64,000 bases of DNA, taken from the IMG/VR virus record IMGVR_UViG_3300001592_001590, one strand, 5' to 3'. The DNA is from an uncultured virus (IMG/VR IMGVR_UViG_3300001592_001590) (lineage: Duplodnaviria; Heunggongvirae; Uroviricota; Caudoviricetes). The notes under the pieces are model-generated. The model worked only from the letters and a program-made list of their open reading frames with translations. It searched no databases and was not told the origin of the DNA. Positions within the stretch are counted from its first letter, which is position 1. Each line of letters opens with the position of its first letter. This document shows, piece after piece, positions 10,386 through 20,248 of this stretch. Both the position numbers and the translations under genes were made by a program.

Positions 10386-11477
10386 ATGCAGAACGACTTT
10401 TCCCCTCCTGCGGGCGCCGCGCCCGCTCCTGCTGTGCGCCTGCCCGGTGTGGCCCTGGCTGACGCGGACACCTTCTCCGGCACCGACGTCCGCTCGGAAG
10501 TGTTGGGGCAAAAGAAAGACTTACGGGCTCAGCGAGAGGACGCCTCCAACGAGGCACGTGCCTTGGCCCAGGGGGCACCAGAGCGCCAAGCCTTGTACCG
10601 CAGGGTGCAGTCCTTGCTGAGCCAGGAAGAAGCCCTGGAGGGGCTGCTCAAGTCGCAGTTCATCCCTCTGCATGGCGCACGCCAGCTGCTCAGCCCTCGC
10701 TCGCTGTTCGTCTCTCCGCTGTTTAGGGTTCGTCAGCAAAGCGATACCCCGACGAGCGGTACCTGGAGTTCTCCATCACCGCTGCCACCGGACNCGGGGG
10801 GCCAGTCCGCTACGCGGGCCCCGAACTTCGGCAATCGGATGGCCTGGTCTTCTTGGCGCTCATCAACATGGCGCGCGATGTGCGGGTGGGCAAGTCGGTG
10901 AGCTTCAGCGCCGAGGAGCTTTGTCGAGCTCTGCAAGGGCAATACAACGGCCCCGCTCGGCAACGGCTTCGCGACAGCATCCAGCGCCTGCAGCAAGCGC
11001 TCCTGAAGTTCGAGACATTCAGCGTGCAGCTGTGCCAGCGGTTTGACTACCCCTCGCAAGGGCGCTGGACAGTGGCACTGGACCCCCAAATCGTGGAGTT
11101 GTTCTCCCGAGTTCCCCCCGTGTGGCTGGACCTGGGGCGGCGCCTGAGCCTGCCGGAGGGGCTGTCCACCTGGCTGTACGCCTTCGTGGAAAGCCAGACC
11201 TCCCTCATTCCGATGAAGACCGAAGCGCTGCGGGTGCTGTGTGGCTCCGAGTCGAGTTCTCGTGCTTTCGAGAACAAGCTGCGGGACGCCCTCAAGCACC
11301 TCAATGAACACGGCGTCATCGATGAAGGCTGGAGCATTCGAGAAGGGCGTGCTGCGTTGGCGCAAGGCCCAAGCTTCATCGGCGTACGCCACCCCGGCGC
11401 TCTCCCTCGAGGCGCTCGAAACGGTGCCCCCAACCCCCGAATCCGCACCCTCTGCACCCTCCATGGGCGCCATGTAA
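10386..11477 (+). CDS. trfA: TrfA-family plasmid replication initiator (frameshifted near 10750-10800 and about 11345)
   Basis: PRSLFVSPLF, VRYAGPELRQSDGLVFLALI, L..SIQRLQ, WTVALDP.IVELF, R..L...LSTWLYAF.ES...IPMK.E.L..LCGS....RAF...L..AL..L match the TrfA pattern. Confidence 0.8.
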
Positions 11478-11521
11478 GCCCCCCAGGCTCCCTGAAAAGC
11501 GCAATTCAGTCCGCGCCTTGA

Positions 11522-11675
11522 TGTGCTTTGAGGTGCAAGCCTCTGGGGCACCCACAGTCCATGTTCTTTGAGGTGGCGGTCATGTTCTTTGAGGTGTTGG
11601 CCGGCAATTTTCAGCGCAATTTCAAGCTCTTGCATGTTCTTTGAGGTGCAGTCTGTGTTCTTTGAGGTGCAGTCT
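11522..11675 (+). repeat. five iteron-like direct repeats TGT(T/G)CTTTGAGGTG, candidate oriV
   Basis: Copies at about 11522, 11562, 11583, 11635 and 11656. Two pairs have 21-bp spacing. Immediately downstream of the rep gene. Confidence 0.75.
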
Positions 11676-11967
11676 ATGATTGTTGCGGTGCGCAACTAAG
11701 GTGTAAGTGCTTGTCAGCATTGACGTTTTCGACCTCCGTCTACTTACTATCCCTTATTGGGCGCCTGCGCTTGACCAGCGCGTCGTCCGAACGCCCGGCC
11801 TCTCCTGCCGCGTGCCTGCTGTTTAAAGCGGGTCGGCCTCCAAAGCGCGGTTGTCCATTTTCATTGTGAAAATAGGAGCGCGTGCCCCGGGCGAGCCGTT
11901 CAACGTGTGGCTACCCTCGCAGCTGCTATACCTTAAAGGAATCAACCCAACAGAAAGGACATCCCCC

Positions 11968-12468
11968 ATGGGCTATTGCATGAGCCAACGAGAATCCCGC
12001 TTTCGCATTGACGCGGCAAAGATGGCTGACGCTTTTTCGGCACTCAACACCCTGGCAATGAAAGCGCCCGCGCAAGGCCGTGGGCACTTCAGCTGGGTCA
12101 ATACCGCTACGCTGCATCAGGCCCAGTCGCTCCAAGACCACCTTGATGAGTGGCGCTGGGAGCCCAGCTTTGACCCTCAAGGCAACCTCATCGAGGTGTC
12201 GTTCACGGGCGAGAAGCTGGGCGATGACAAGGCCCTGTTTGATGCGCTGGCGCCCTTTGTGACGTCCGGCAGCTTCATCGTGATGCAAGGCGAGGACGGC
12301 GAGATGTGGCGCTGGGTTTTCGATGGCACTCGCTGCGTGGAGCAATCTGCTAGCGTCAGCTTCGGCGACCTGCCCTCGGACGTCATCGATGCGCAAGCTC
12401 GAGACATCACCCCTGAGTCCCGTCCCGGTCGGCTGCTGAGCATCCTGCCTCGACTGCCCGGCCGATAA
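11968..12468 (+). CDS. phage-type hypothetical protein
   Basis: MGYCM..., GEKLGDD..LF.ALAPFV..GSFI.MQGEDGEMWRW. AAGGA RBS. Confidence 0.75.
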   Translation: MGYCMSQRESRFRIDAAKMADAFSALNTLAMKAPAQGRGHFSWVNTATLHQAQSLQDHLDEWRWEPSFDPQGNLIEVSFTGEKLGDDKALFDALAPFVTSGSFIVMQGEDGEMWRWVFDGTRCVEQSASVSFGDLPSDVIDAQARDITPESRPGRLLSILPRLPGR

Positions 12469-12479
12469 TCTCCTCATTC

Positions 12480-12505
12480 CAAAAGCGCCCATCGGGCGCT
12501 TTTTC
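12480..12505. terminator. bidirectional intrinsic terminator
   Basis: AAAAGCGCCC-ATC-GGGCGCTTTT. Confidence 0.75.
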
Positions 12506-12589
12506 TTTGCGCGTTTGTTTAGATTCAGGCGCTCGCATAAAATTTAGAATCTTTAGGGTATACTCCCAGAATCTACTGAAAATCTCATC

Positions 12590-13864
12590 ATGTCCCACGA
12601 ATTCATTGACGACCTCATTTGGCGAGGCCTCGTGCACCAATGTACCGACCTGGAGCGCCTGCGCGTGCGCATGGAGCAGGGGCCGGTGACCGTGTACTGC
12701 GGCTTTGACCCCACCGCAGCCAGCCTGCACGTGGGAAGCCTGATTCCGCTGCTGGCGCTGGCGCGTTTTCAGCAAGCGGGGCATCGGGTGCTGGCTCTCG
12801 TGGGCGGAGCCACGGGTCTGATTGGGGACCCCAGCGGCAAGTCTGCCGAGCGGGTGCTGCAGACCGAGCAAGCCGTGGCCACGCGCGCCCAGGACCTGGC
12901 GGGGCAAATCTCTCGCTTTGTCGACTTGAGCGACGCCCGCCGTGGCGCTCTCGTGAACAACCTGGAGTGGACCACGGGGCAGGGGGTGCTGGAATTTTTG
13001 CGCGACGTGGGCAAGCATTTTTCCGTCAACGCCATGGTCGCCCGTGATTCCGTGCGGTCCCGGCTGGAGCGCGAAGGGGAGGGCATATCCTTCACCGAGT
13101 TCAGCTACATGCTGCTGCAAGCCCAGGACTTCTTAAGGCTGCACGAACGCCAGGGCTGTCAACTTCAGATTGGCGGCTCGGACCAGTGGGGCAACATGTG
13201 CTCGGGGGTCGACCTCATTCGACGCGTGCGCGCCCAGGACGCGTTTGCAATGACGTTTCCTTTGCTCACGACACGTGACGGCCAGAAGTTTGGCAAGACC
13301 GTCAAAGGTGCGGTGTGGCTTGATGCGCAGCTGACGTGCGCCTGGGATTTCTTCCAGTTTTGGCTCAACGCGGAAGACGCCGACGTGGTTCGCTTCTTGA
13401 AGCTCTTCACCTTTGTGCCGCGCGCCGAGATTGAGCAACTGGAAGCCGTCACGCGGGAGGCCCCGCACGAGCGCCGTGCCCAGCGGCGCCTGGCCGTTGA
13501 GCTGACCACTTGGGTGCACGGCCCACAGGCGGCGGCCGATATGGAGGCTGTGGCCGCGGCGCTGTTTGGCAAGTCGTGCGTGTCACAGCTCTCTGCCACA
13601 GCAATGGACAGCCTGGCCCGCTCCTTGCCCTGCGCAGACTCGACACAGGTCAACGCGGACACCCGTGTTGCGGCGGCCCTGGTCGCCTTGGGCATTGAGC
13701 CGTCCATGAGCCGAGCCAATGAAGCGTTGCGAGCTGGTGCGGTGCAGCTCAACGGCACCCGCCTGGCAGGGCCTGCGGCTCTGCTCAAAGACGTGCCCGC
13801 CCTTCACGGACGGTTTTGGCTGCTTCGCAAGGGCAAAAAGACCTTTGGCATGGTCCGCTGCTGA
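12590..13864 (+). CDS. tyrS: tyrosyl-tRNA synthetase
   Basis: YCGFDPTAASLHVGS (HIGH), IGDPSGK, FSYMLLQAQDF, QIGGSDQWGN, KFGKT (KMSKS), C-terminal S4-like LLRKGKK. Confidence 0.97.
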   Translation: MSHEFIDDLIWRGLVHQCTDLERLRVRMEQGPVTVYCGFDPTAASLHVGSLIPLLALARFQQAGHRVLALVGGATGLIGDPSGKSAERVLQTEQAVATRAQDLAGQISRFVDLSDARRGALVNNLEWTTGQGVLEFLRDVGKHFSVNAMVARDSVRSRLEREGEGISFTEFSYMLLQAQDFLRLHERQGCQLQIGGSDQWGNMCSGVDLIRRVRAQDAFAMTFPLLTTRDGQKFGKTVKGAVWLDAQLTCAWDFFQFWLNAEDADVVRFLKLFTFVPRAEIEQLEAVTREAPHERRAQRRLAVELTTWVHGPQAAADMEAVAAALFGKSCVSQLSATAMDSLARSLPCADSTQVNADTRVAAALVALGIEPSMSRANEALRAGAVQLNGTRLAGPAALLKDVPALHGRFWLLRKGKKTFGMVRC

Positions 13865-14002
13865 TACCGCACCCGCCCTAAACCCCGTTTTGGCCGCCCT
13901 CGAGGCGGCCTTGTTCTTTTCCCCTAGGCAGAGGAGCCCTCTGGGCTTAAGCCGCCCGAGCGCGGTTCGCTAGACCCTGAAGGTACAAAACTGGAGGCTC
14001 CT

Positions 14003-14389
14003 GTGAAAACCACCTGGATTCGAATTGACGTTTCATTGGCGTTGTTGGTCGCAACTTGCGCGACTGGCTTCAACAGCTTTTGGGCCTCGTTGCCCGCCGG
14101 CATCTTGGTCAGCTTGCTGACCATCGTGCGATGGTCCGCGTATCACGCGAAACCTCGCACAGGCAAGCAGTTTCTTCGAGAGCTGGGCTTTGTCCTGGTC
14201 TTATGGACCTGCGCAGCCCTTGCAAGCTCTTGTTGGGCTGTGGGGCTCGCCAGCGAAGACACTACTCGCCTGGGCATCGCCCGTGGTTCTGGGGGTCGGC
14301 CTAGTCTGGGTTGCTTCGGGTCCCTTGGTTTCGTCCCGACTTGTCAACCGCCAAGCCTCTGGCTTGGCATAAAGGAAATATACCCATGA
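14003..14389 (+). CDS. membrane protein
   Basis: GTG start with GGAGG RBS, hydrophobic segments. Confidence 0.55.
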   Translation: MKTTWIRIDVSLALLVATCATGFNSFWASLPAGILVSLLTIVRWSAYHAKPRTGKQFLRELGFVLVLWTCAALASSCWAVGLASEDTTRLGIARGSGGRPSLGCFGSLGFVPTCQPPSLWLGIKEIYP

Positions 14390-14782
14390 CTCTCTGTTCC
14401 ACGCTCAGTCAATTCGTGTGCACCGCCGATGCTTCCACCCTGGTGGCCTACTTGGAGGGGGATGCACCGGACGAAGCCCAAGGTTGCGCCGTCATGCGCT
14501 CGTTGCTGGCGCACCGCCCTCAGGTCGCGCATGACGTGCTGTGTCGCTTCTACGACGTGGCTTACTACAAAGTGGGCGACTCGTGTTTCCGCGACGAAGC
14601 CCCTGCCTCCGAACACGAGATGTGGTTTGTGGCCACGACCCCCAGCGCCTTCGACTCGGTGGAGACTGTTCCGCTGGCGCGCTCTGAAGACGGAAGCCCG
14701 CGCATTTGCCGTCCAGCATCTGAAGCTGGATGCCCTGTTCTTGGGCGAACAAACGGCGGCCTGCGCCACCCTTGTCAGCTGA
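14386..14782 (+). CDS. hypothetical protein (probable frameshift near 14690)
   Basis: ATGA overlap with upstream stop, AAGGA RBS, terminator at 14787-14816. Confidence 0.5.
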
Positions 14783-14904
14783 TTGCTCCGCCCCTCCACC
14801 AGAGGGGCGGTTTTTTGTTCCGCTCAAAGAAAAACTGCCTGGACGCGGGGCGCACAGGCAGTTTTGAATCACGGGTTTTTCAGAAATCGATGGCAAAGTC
14901 GACG

Positions 14905-16548
14905 TCAATGTCGAACGCGCCGGGAAACCCCTTTGCGCTCTTCCTTGACCCAACCCGTTCGGGCGCCTTCTCGGGCCAGGTACTCTGCGAGCTGCTTCAC
15001 GTTGTCGGCGTGTACCGCGGCGTTTTTGAGCCCTCGGTGCTGCTGCACTACGAACGTCTTGCTCTTGGGCATCATGCGCAGCTCCACGGTGGACCAGCGC
15101 TTGCGGTCTGTGCCTTTGCGAACGCTGAGGATGCGTGAGCGGCCCGTTTTGAGCGCTTGGCTGTAGCCGCCTACGCAGTGGTCCATCTGAGCGCCCTCGA
15201 CTCGCAGCGCGCGCACTGTCAACAGCTCTTGCACGGTCCACCCATCGGTCTCCCTCGTCTCAAAGAGGGGCTGGGACAGAAGGGTTTGAGTTTCCTCGAT
15301 TTCGATGCGCTCAAAGAACGCATCGCGGTGCGACTGGTTCCACATGTCTGCCGGAAAAGCCGATGTTTCCACCAGGCCGAAGACGTGCTCACCGTCTCGC
15401 TTGGCTCGGCGCTTGAGGTCCAAGACACAGCGGTATTGCTCGTCCAGGTTCAGCCCCACCAAGGCNGAGCACAGCCCTGGGTGTTTCGCCAACGTTCGGC
15501 GAACGACTTCAAAGTGCGTCTTCGACCGTTGCCCTTCCAGGTACTTCCAGCCCAAAAACCACAAGGACAGTTGCACCGCATCCACCATGCCGTTGTCCGG
15601 GCTCACGGTTTCTTCGCTGTCGTCCAGTCCGCACAAGACGCGGGCTTCCTTCACAGCGGCCGGGGCCTCTGCGGGGGTGGCCAACGCCGTTCCGTAGAGC
15701 ATGGCAGGCACCAAGCGAACGAGCCCCTCGGCCTCACAGTAGTCCGACTGCGTGGAGGACAACAAGTCCTCCATGCCTTGCGGGTACTGCCAGTCCTCGG
15801 TCAGCTGCATCTTCACAGGCGACTCTTTCAGTGAAAATACGCCTTGGTACCCTGCAGCGTACTGCCGGGCCAATTGGGCGTATTTGCTGCTGAGCAGGGT
15901 CTTGGGTTCCTGGCCATTGCTGGTCCATTCCATCCAGCCGGCCAGCATGTTGGCAACGAACTCGTCTTTGCCAAACGCCTTGAGCTCATCGCGCTTCTTC
16001 AGGTACCGAAGCAGGGTGCGCACGGGTGTGCTCACCGAGGTAATTTGCAGCTCTCGCGTTTGCAGGAAGTATTCAAAGCCTTGCGACCAATACAGACGCT
16101 TGGTCTTGAGGTCAATGGCCACTTCCACGCAGTTCAGGTCAAAGCTGTACACGATTTTTGCGGGGCTTAGCGTCAGCTCGTCCGAGCACTTGCACCAGAC
16201 GTAGTTCAAGACCCCATCTTCGGTGGAGCCGAGGATGTGAAGGTCAGAGCCTTCGGTCATCCCCAGTGCCCGGTACTCGTCCAGGCTGGCGAGCGGGATA
16301 CCCAGTCGCAGGGACTCTCGCTCGAGGTGCCCCTGCGAGTTCATCTCGGCTTCTCGCTGCGCATCGGCAGGCATGAAGATGTCGATGTCGTTGTATACGC
16401 CAGGGCCTTTGCCCAGTTCGTCCATAAGCGCGCTGGCGACCGACTGCCCAGCCACCACGCCTTGTTCGGGCAGGGGAGCCAAGGCGGCCAGGCGCGCCAA
16501 TACGCCGGGGACCAGATGATGGCCCAGCTCTATGGTTGGTTTGACCAT
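14905..16548 (-). CDS. nucleotidyltransferase-like N-terminus fused to PcfJ-like C-terminal domain
   Basis: VVAGQSV..YNDIDIF and FDLNCVEVAID (Pol beta/CCA-type NTase-like). C-terminal ELLT..AL..EG..MDHCVGGY...RILSVR...STVEL..QQHRGLKN (PcfJ-like). Confidence 0.7.
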   Translation of the reverse strand: MVKPTIELGHHLVPGVLARLAALAPLPEQGVVAGQSVASALMDELGKGPGVYNDIDIFMPADAQREAEMNSQGHLERESLRLGIPLASLDEYRALGMTEGSDLHILGSTEDGVLNYVWCKCSDELTLSPAKIVYSFDLNCVEVAIDLKTKRLYWSQGFEYFLQTRELQITSVSTPVRTLLRYLKKRDELKAFGKDEFVANMLAGWMEWTSNGQEPKTLLSSKYAQLARQYAAGYQGVFSLKESPVKMQLTEDWQYPQGMEDLLSSTQSDYCEAEGLVRLVPAMLYGTALATPAEAPAAVKEARVLCGLDDSEETVSPDNGMVDAVQLSLWFLGWKYLEGQRSKTHFEVVRRTLAKHPGLCXALVGLNLDEQYRCVLDLKRRAKRDGEHVFGLVETSAFPADMWNQSHRDAFFERIEIEETQTLLSQPLFETRETDGWTVQELLTVRALRVEGAQMDHCVGGYSQALKTGRSRILSVRKGTDRKRWSTVELRMMPKSKTFVVQQHRGLKNAAVHADNVKQLAEYLAREGARTGWVKEERKGVSRRVRH

Positions 16549-16792
16549 GGGGTCTCCAAGTTGTTGTCCTCCGGTGTGTAGAGAACGCCGCCTTTAAAGA
16601 CCGTTGGCTATAGGCAGAAGGGCTGCTCGGCCCTGCATCGCGCGCCACTTTCGTGGTACGGCAAATCCGAGTGTTCTACCCAGGACAAATGTTCTCGCCA
16701 CTTCAATCAGTGTTTGATTGGCTTTGCGGGCAATGCGCGAAACCTGTATTCATCCTCAGAAGGAAGCCAGTCAGAAATGATTGGAACTATCA

Positions 16793-17932
16793 ATGAAGAC
16801 CTCTTCGAACGCTGCTGTTCAAAGTTTGAAAGACCAAGCGGGTCGCTTGTCGACCTACCTCAGTGCCCAGGGGTTCTCCCTGTCGAGAACACAATCTCTG
16901 GAGGCCATGTCTCGCGCCGTTCATGCCAAGCCCTGGAACACGGTTAGAGCAGAGCTCAAGTCCAAAGAAGTCGCCCCGGCGGCCAAGCCCGGGCACAAGC
17001 GCTATGTGCAGTTCAGCTGTGCCGCCCACAACGGCGCACGCCAGCCCCTGTCCGTGACGGCCAACCTCACCTTTGGCTCTCTGGTCATGAGCGTGAACCT
17101 CAACACGGTGCTGGATGAGATGCCCGATGACCTGGTTCTGGCTCTCATCGAGGGCGAGGCGGGGCGCTGGCCTGAAATCTACCGACGCATTGAAAGCCAG
17201 TCCGATGGACTTTTCAAAGGCCAAACCGCCGAGGCCACCCAGTTGGCGTTTGCGACCACCTTTGGAGATGGCATGGGGCTGTGGGTCAAGGCGTTTCGGC
17301 CTCACCTGCTGTGGGCTTACATGGCAAGCAAAGAGTTTGAGTCTTTGGCTCAAGCACGCAGCCTGCACCAGTGTTATGTCGACGAGGACCCGGACCAGCC
17401 CGGTCTTTGGGTTTACGTGATGAACGGGGAGGGGTGTGACTACTCCTTTGACTCCCGGCTGCAGGCAGAGCTTGCGCTTTGTGACAAGCTGAGTCAGCGG
17501 TGCCACGAGCTCAAGCACGCGCAGGATTGGGAGCACCTCCTGACCGTGCGTGCCGGCTCGGGGCGTTGCGAGGACTTGCCTACGGCGGGTTCCCCTCTCC
17601 GCGTGGCCGGCCGACTGGATGAGGACACGGGCGAGCTCCTGTACCTCGAAAAAGGGCCTTTGAGCGCTCGCGAGCTTCAGCGCATCACCGACTTTGGTCG
17701 GTATTGCCTGGACATTGCGGTTCCCGTGGATGTGTGGGAGCTGGCCTCCCAGGACCTGGAGTGGCTCAACGACCAGGTCAGCGAGCACATCACGGGCAGC
17801 ATCTGCGATTTGGAAGACCTGGCCTACCGCCGCGCGGACACCTGCGTCCAGACGGAGGCCTCACCGCCGCAACAGGTCTGGATTCGGGTCTCTGCCCAAT
17901 GGACCCCGGTTGACGCCGATTTTCAGGACTGA
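16793..17932 (+). CDS. protein with N-terminal Glyoxalase_8-like (glyoxalase superfamily-associated) helical domain
   Basis: LKDQAGRLSTYLSAQGFSLSRTQSLEAMSR....KPWN, similar to the N-terminus of 55580-56857. Confidence 0.65.
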   Translation: MKTSSNAAVQSLKDQAGRLSTYLSAQGFSLSRTQSLEAMSRAVHAKPWNTVRAELKSKEVAPAAKPGHKRYVQFSCAAHNGARQPLSVTANLTFGSLVMSVNLNTVLDEMPDDLVLALIEGEAGRWPEIYRRIESQSDGLFKGQTAEATQLAFATTFGDGMGLWVKAFRPHLLWAYMASKEFESLAQARSLHQCYVDEDPDQPGLWVYVMNGEGCDYSFDSRLQAELALCDKLSQRCHELKHAQDWEHLLTVRAGSGRCEDLPTAGSPLRVAGRLDEDTGELLYLEKGPLSARELQRITDFGRYCLDIAVPVDVWELASQDLEWLNDQVSEHITGSICDLEDLAYRRADTCVQTEASPPQQVWIRVSAQWTPVDADFQD

Positions 17933-18087
17933 CCGGTTTGATTGACGGGCGCCCCTTTTGGGGCGCTCTTTTTTGTCCGCGCCTTCCTTCCAAAGAGAGA
18001 GCAGCCGTACCCCGCTTGCAACCCGGCATACAAAAAAGCCGTCGTCTTGCGACAACGGCTTTGGGGGAAGCAAGAAAGTGGGGGTTC

Positions 18088-18702
18088 TCAGTTGGCTTGG
18101 GCAGGCGAGCACAAGCCCTGCTCAAAACGAAGTTCCTGCTCATAAATCCAGGCCGAGACAGCCAGGACCTGCGGGGGGCTGGCCATCAGCTCGGCGATGT
18201 GACCCAGCTTGGAGATGAACCATCCCAGGTAGCGATGCGGTGTTTGCTCCTGCAGCGCAGCCGTTTGCTCGACCAGGAAGGCTTGTGCCAAGCCCGCAAA
18301 GTCCTCGTAGGTGGCGCGGCCCTCCAGGGCAGCCAACACCAGCTGCATCAACGGGTGCTGAGCGCTTTTTTCGACAAACTCGGCGCGCAGCTGCGGGTCG
18401 TCGTTCTTGAGCGAATGCAAGGCCGTGTCGAAGGGGTACTCGATGTGCCCCTCGGCTTCGGCACGCCGGCGGGCCTCGGTCAGCGCCTCATTCATCCCGA
18501 ACGCGAAGCACATGCCACTTTGGTAGTCCGGGCCTTCGCTGGACGCGCGGGCAATGACGGTCTGGGGGAGCGAGCGCAGCCGGCCTTCACCTGCGTGCAC
18601 GTACAAATCCAGCGGGCCGAATTCGCCCAGGTACTTGCAGCATTCGCAGTCATGTTGGTAGCGCGGAGTGGGGGTATTGGGGGTCTTGGTGGTTTCAGTC
18701 AT
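18088..18702 (-). CDS. hypothetical protein
   Basis: PRYQHDCECCKYLG...DLY phage-type motif. AAGGA RBS. Confidence 0.65.
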   Translation of the reverse strand: MTETTKTPNTPTPRYQHDCECCKYLGEFGPLDLYVHAGEGRLRSLPQTVIARASSEGPDYQSGMCFAFGMNEALTEARRRAEAEGHIEYPFDTALHSLKNDDPQLRAEFVEKSAQHPLMQLVLAALEGRATYEDFAGLAQAFLVEQTAALQEQTPHRYLGWFISKLGHIAELMASPPQVLAVSAWIYEQELRFEQGLCSPAQAN

Positions 18703-18766
18703 CGATGTCCTTGGTGAAATCAGTGTAGAAAGCGGGGTCACTACACCTCCCAAAGGAGGTCACATC

Positions 18767-19513
18767 TTGAAAATTCACGTTCTATCTGACTTGCACCTGG
18801 AGTTCGCAGACTTCGCTCCCCCGCCCACTGACGCCGATGTCGTCGTGCTGGCGGGCGACATCCATGTCAAGGCACGCGGCGTTGCCTGGGCACTCAAGCA
18901 CTTCAAGCAACCCGTCCTCTATGTGCCGGGCAACCACGAGTACTACGGGGGCAGCCTGGGGCACACCTTTGGCAAGCTCAAGGCCTTGAGCGAAGGCACG
19001 TCCCTGTACGTGCTCAATGACGAGGAACTGGTACTCGATGGCGTGCGCTTTTTGGGCGCAACGCTGTGGACCGACTACCGGCTGACGGGCAACGAACCCT
19101 TGGCTCAGTGGGATGCGCAGCAAACCATGTCGGACTTCAAAAAGGTCCGAGACGAGCACTTTCGCAAAGTTCGTCCGCATCAGCTCAGCGCCCGCCACTT
19201 CAAGTCCAAGCAGTTTCTGCAGAGTGCCTTTGAGCAGCCGTTTGACGGGCCCACGGTTGTGGTCACCCATCACGCGCCCTGTGAGCTCTCTATCCATGAG
19301 CGCTATCGCACGCAGAGCGGTGGGCACCTGAATGCGTCCTATGCCAGCCGGCTGGACGGCATGATGGGTGTTGCCAAGCTCTGGGTGCATGGGCACACCC
19401 ACGACAACTGGGACTACGACGTGTACGGCACGCGGGTGCTGTGCAACCCCCGAGGTTACGCGCCAGACGATGTCAACGAAGGCTTTCAGCCCGGGTTGGT
19501 CGTTGAAATCTGA
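18767..19513 (+). CDS. calcineurin-like metallophosphoesterase
   Basis: SDLH, AGDI, GNHEYY, THHAP, HGHTH motifs. TTG start after AAGGAGGT. Confidence 0.92.
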   Translation: MKIHVLSDLHLEFADFAPPPTDADVVVLAGDIHVKARGVAWALKHFKQPVLYVPGNHEYYGGSLGHTFGKLKALSEGTSLYVLNDEELVLDGVRFLGATLWTDYRLTGNEPLAQWDAQQTMSDFKKVRDEHFRKVRPHQLSARHFKSKQFLQSAFEQPFDGPTVVVTHHAPCELSIHERYRTQSGGHLNASYASRLDGMMGVAKLWVHGHTHDNWDYDVYGTRVLCNPRGYAPDDVNEGFQPGLVVEI

Positions 19514-19516
19514 TTG

Positions 19517-19542
19517 AAGCCACCCTCGGGTGGCTTCTTTTT
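19517..19542 (+). terminator. intrinsic terminator
   Basis: GAAGCCACCC-TC-GGGTGGCTTC followed by T-run. Confidence 0.75.
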
Positions 19543-19645
19543 GTGCTGGCGGGGGCAAGGCCGCACCGATTGGCCCAAGTGTCGGTTTTAACCGGCAAAC
19601 CGCGGGCAAACGCGGGCCGCTGCCCCCTCGCAGCAGCTCCCTGCC

Positions 19646-20246
19646 TCAGCGGTCCCCTTCGTTTTCGTGCTCTTTGGCACGGCACTCCAGCGCCTTGAGC
19701 GCATGTCCGATGGCTTGGGAGGAGAAGCCCCGGGACATCAGGAAACGCCAGGCCTTGGACTTGAGCTCCAGGCTCCAGGGTTTGTCTTCAAACCGGCGGG
19801 CAGCCTCCTGCGCACGCTCGGTTTCATCGCCGGCCTCGCTCAACGCCTGCAAGCGGTCCTCAGGGGAGACCCCCTTGACGGGAGAGTTCCTGGCTGATTC
19901 GGCGGTTGCCGTGGGACGCGGCCCGGGTGCGGACCTTGGAGGCTGCAAATCGGCTGTCTGACTGCAGCCCATGCTGTTGGCAAAATTTCAGGCAGGCCGC
20001 GATGTCCTGGTCTGGGTAGCCTTTGAGGCGCAGGCGCTGCTCCAGCTCCTTGGCGGACCACTCGCGCCGGCCCAACAGCCACAACGCATAGTGCTTGGCC
20101 GGTCGCATCTTGACCGCAGGCTCCTCCGGGGTCGAGGCCTCCCGAGTCCGGGGCGCCGCGTGGTTCCCGTGCTCATCGTCGTCGTCCGAATGACCTCGGG
20201 CAGGCTTGGGGGAATAGCGCCGACCGCGCCCTTGCTTGGACTGCAT
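19646..20246 (-). CDS. recX: RecX regulatory protein (frameshift near 19870)
   Basis: ALWLLGRREWSAKEL..RL..KGY, GLQSD.RFA, HGNRRI.QEL..G and terminal KAWRFLMSRGFS. Confidence 0.85.
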
Positions 20247-20248
20247 GC

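Noticed and set aside
11522..11675. Direct repeats as a CRISPR array
   Set aside because: Repeats are about 14 bp with 7-38-bp irregular gaps, there are no cas genes, and they are adjacent to a rep gene. They fit iterons.
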